A stretch of DNA of 25,982 nt from a virus. Lineage: Duplodnaviria > Caudoviricetes. Numbering within the stretch: the stretch's first letter is position 1; each line of letters starts with the position of its first letter. The translations under genes and the position numbers were made by a program. Positions 25,782 through 25,982 of the stretch are shown piece by piece. The stretch covers positions 1 to 25,982 of IMG/VR virus record IMGVR_UViG_3300029319_006404. The stretch is one strand, 5' to 3'. The notes under the pieces are model-generated. The model saw nothing but the letters and a program-made list of their open reading frames with translations, did no database searches and was not told the origin of the DNA.

Positions 25782-25982
25782 TACTTTTCCCGTGCTACTT
25801 GGTTGACCTTCTCATAGCTTCTCATTGCACCCAAACCCAAAAGTCCCATCATAACTGGCACTAGCAAGGTTGTATCTACAGGATCAACCTCCAGCCAAAT
25901 GCTCAAAATATTTACGATGATTGTGTTGTAAAGCAAACCAAGCGCGCAAATCCAACCGATAGCAGGTCGCCACCCGGCTACG
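25781..25982 (-). CDS. Holin of 3TM family (GTA holin-like), 5'-truncated by the window edge
   Basis: Not in the ORF track. Translates as ...VAGWRPAIGWICALGLLYNTIIVNILSIWLEVDPVDTTLLVPVMMGLLGLGAMRSYEKVNQVAREK*, with WRP..GW and LGLGAMRSYEK signatures and a TAATG overlap with the lysozyme. Confidence 0.88.
   Translation of the reverse strand, partial: VAGWRPAIGWICALGLLYNTIIVNILSIWLEVDPVDTTLLVPVMMGLLGLGAMRSYEKVNQVAREK

Overview
This window is a 26 kb segment of a tailed dsDNA bacteriophage, most likely a marine podovirus-like phage. That assignment is inferred from gene content and order, and no bacterial housekeeping genes, tRNAs, rRNAs, CRISPR arrays or transposases were seen. From left to right: (1) an accessory/early region (1-3480) with short ORFs, an RpoA alpha-CTD/sigma70 region 4 fusion protein, an HTH protein, and a non-coding stretch with three tandem structured-RNA-like units; (2) a small ribbon-helix-helix regulator; (3) a leftward replication operon (family A DNA polymerase with Leu762, DUF3310, SF1 helicase, AEP-type primase, putative SSB) divergent from a SNF2 helicase; (4) the distal end of a leftward late operon (3TM holin, GH24 lysozyme, P22 gp10-like tail hub, four large internal virion/ejection-type proteins). 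Three observations stand out. The first is the triple three-way-junction-plus-pseudoknot RNA array at 2715-2905, which shows compensatory changes. The second is the alpha-CTD/sigma4 chimera. The third is a repeated divergent-promoter cassette with TC(C/G)CAT boxes, probably read by the RHH protein. All family assignments come from motif recognition by eye, not from database searches.
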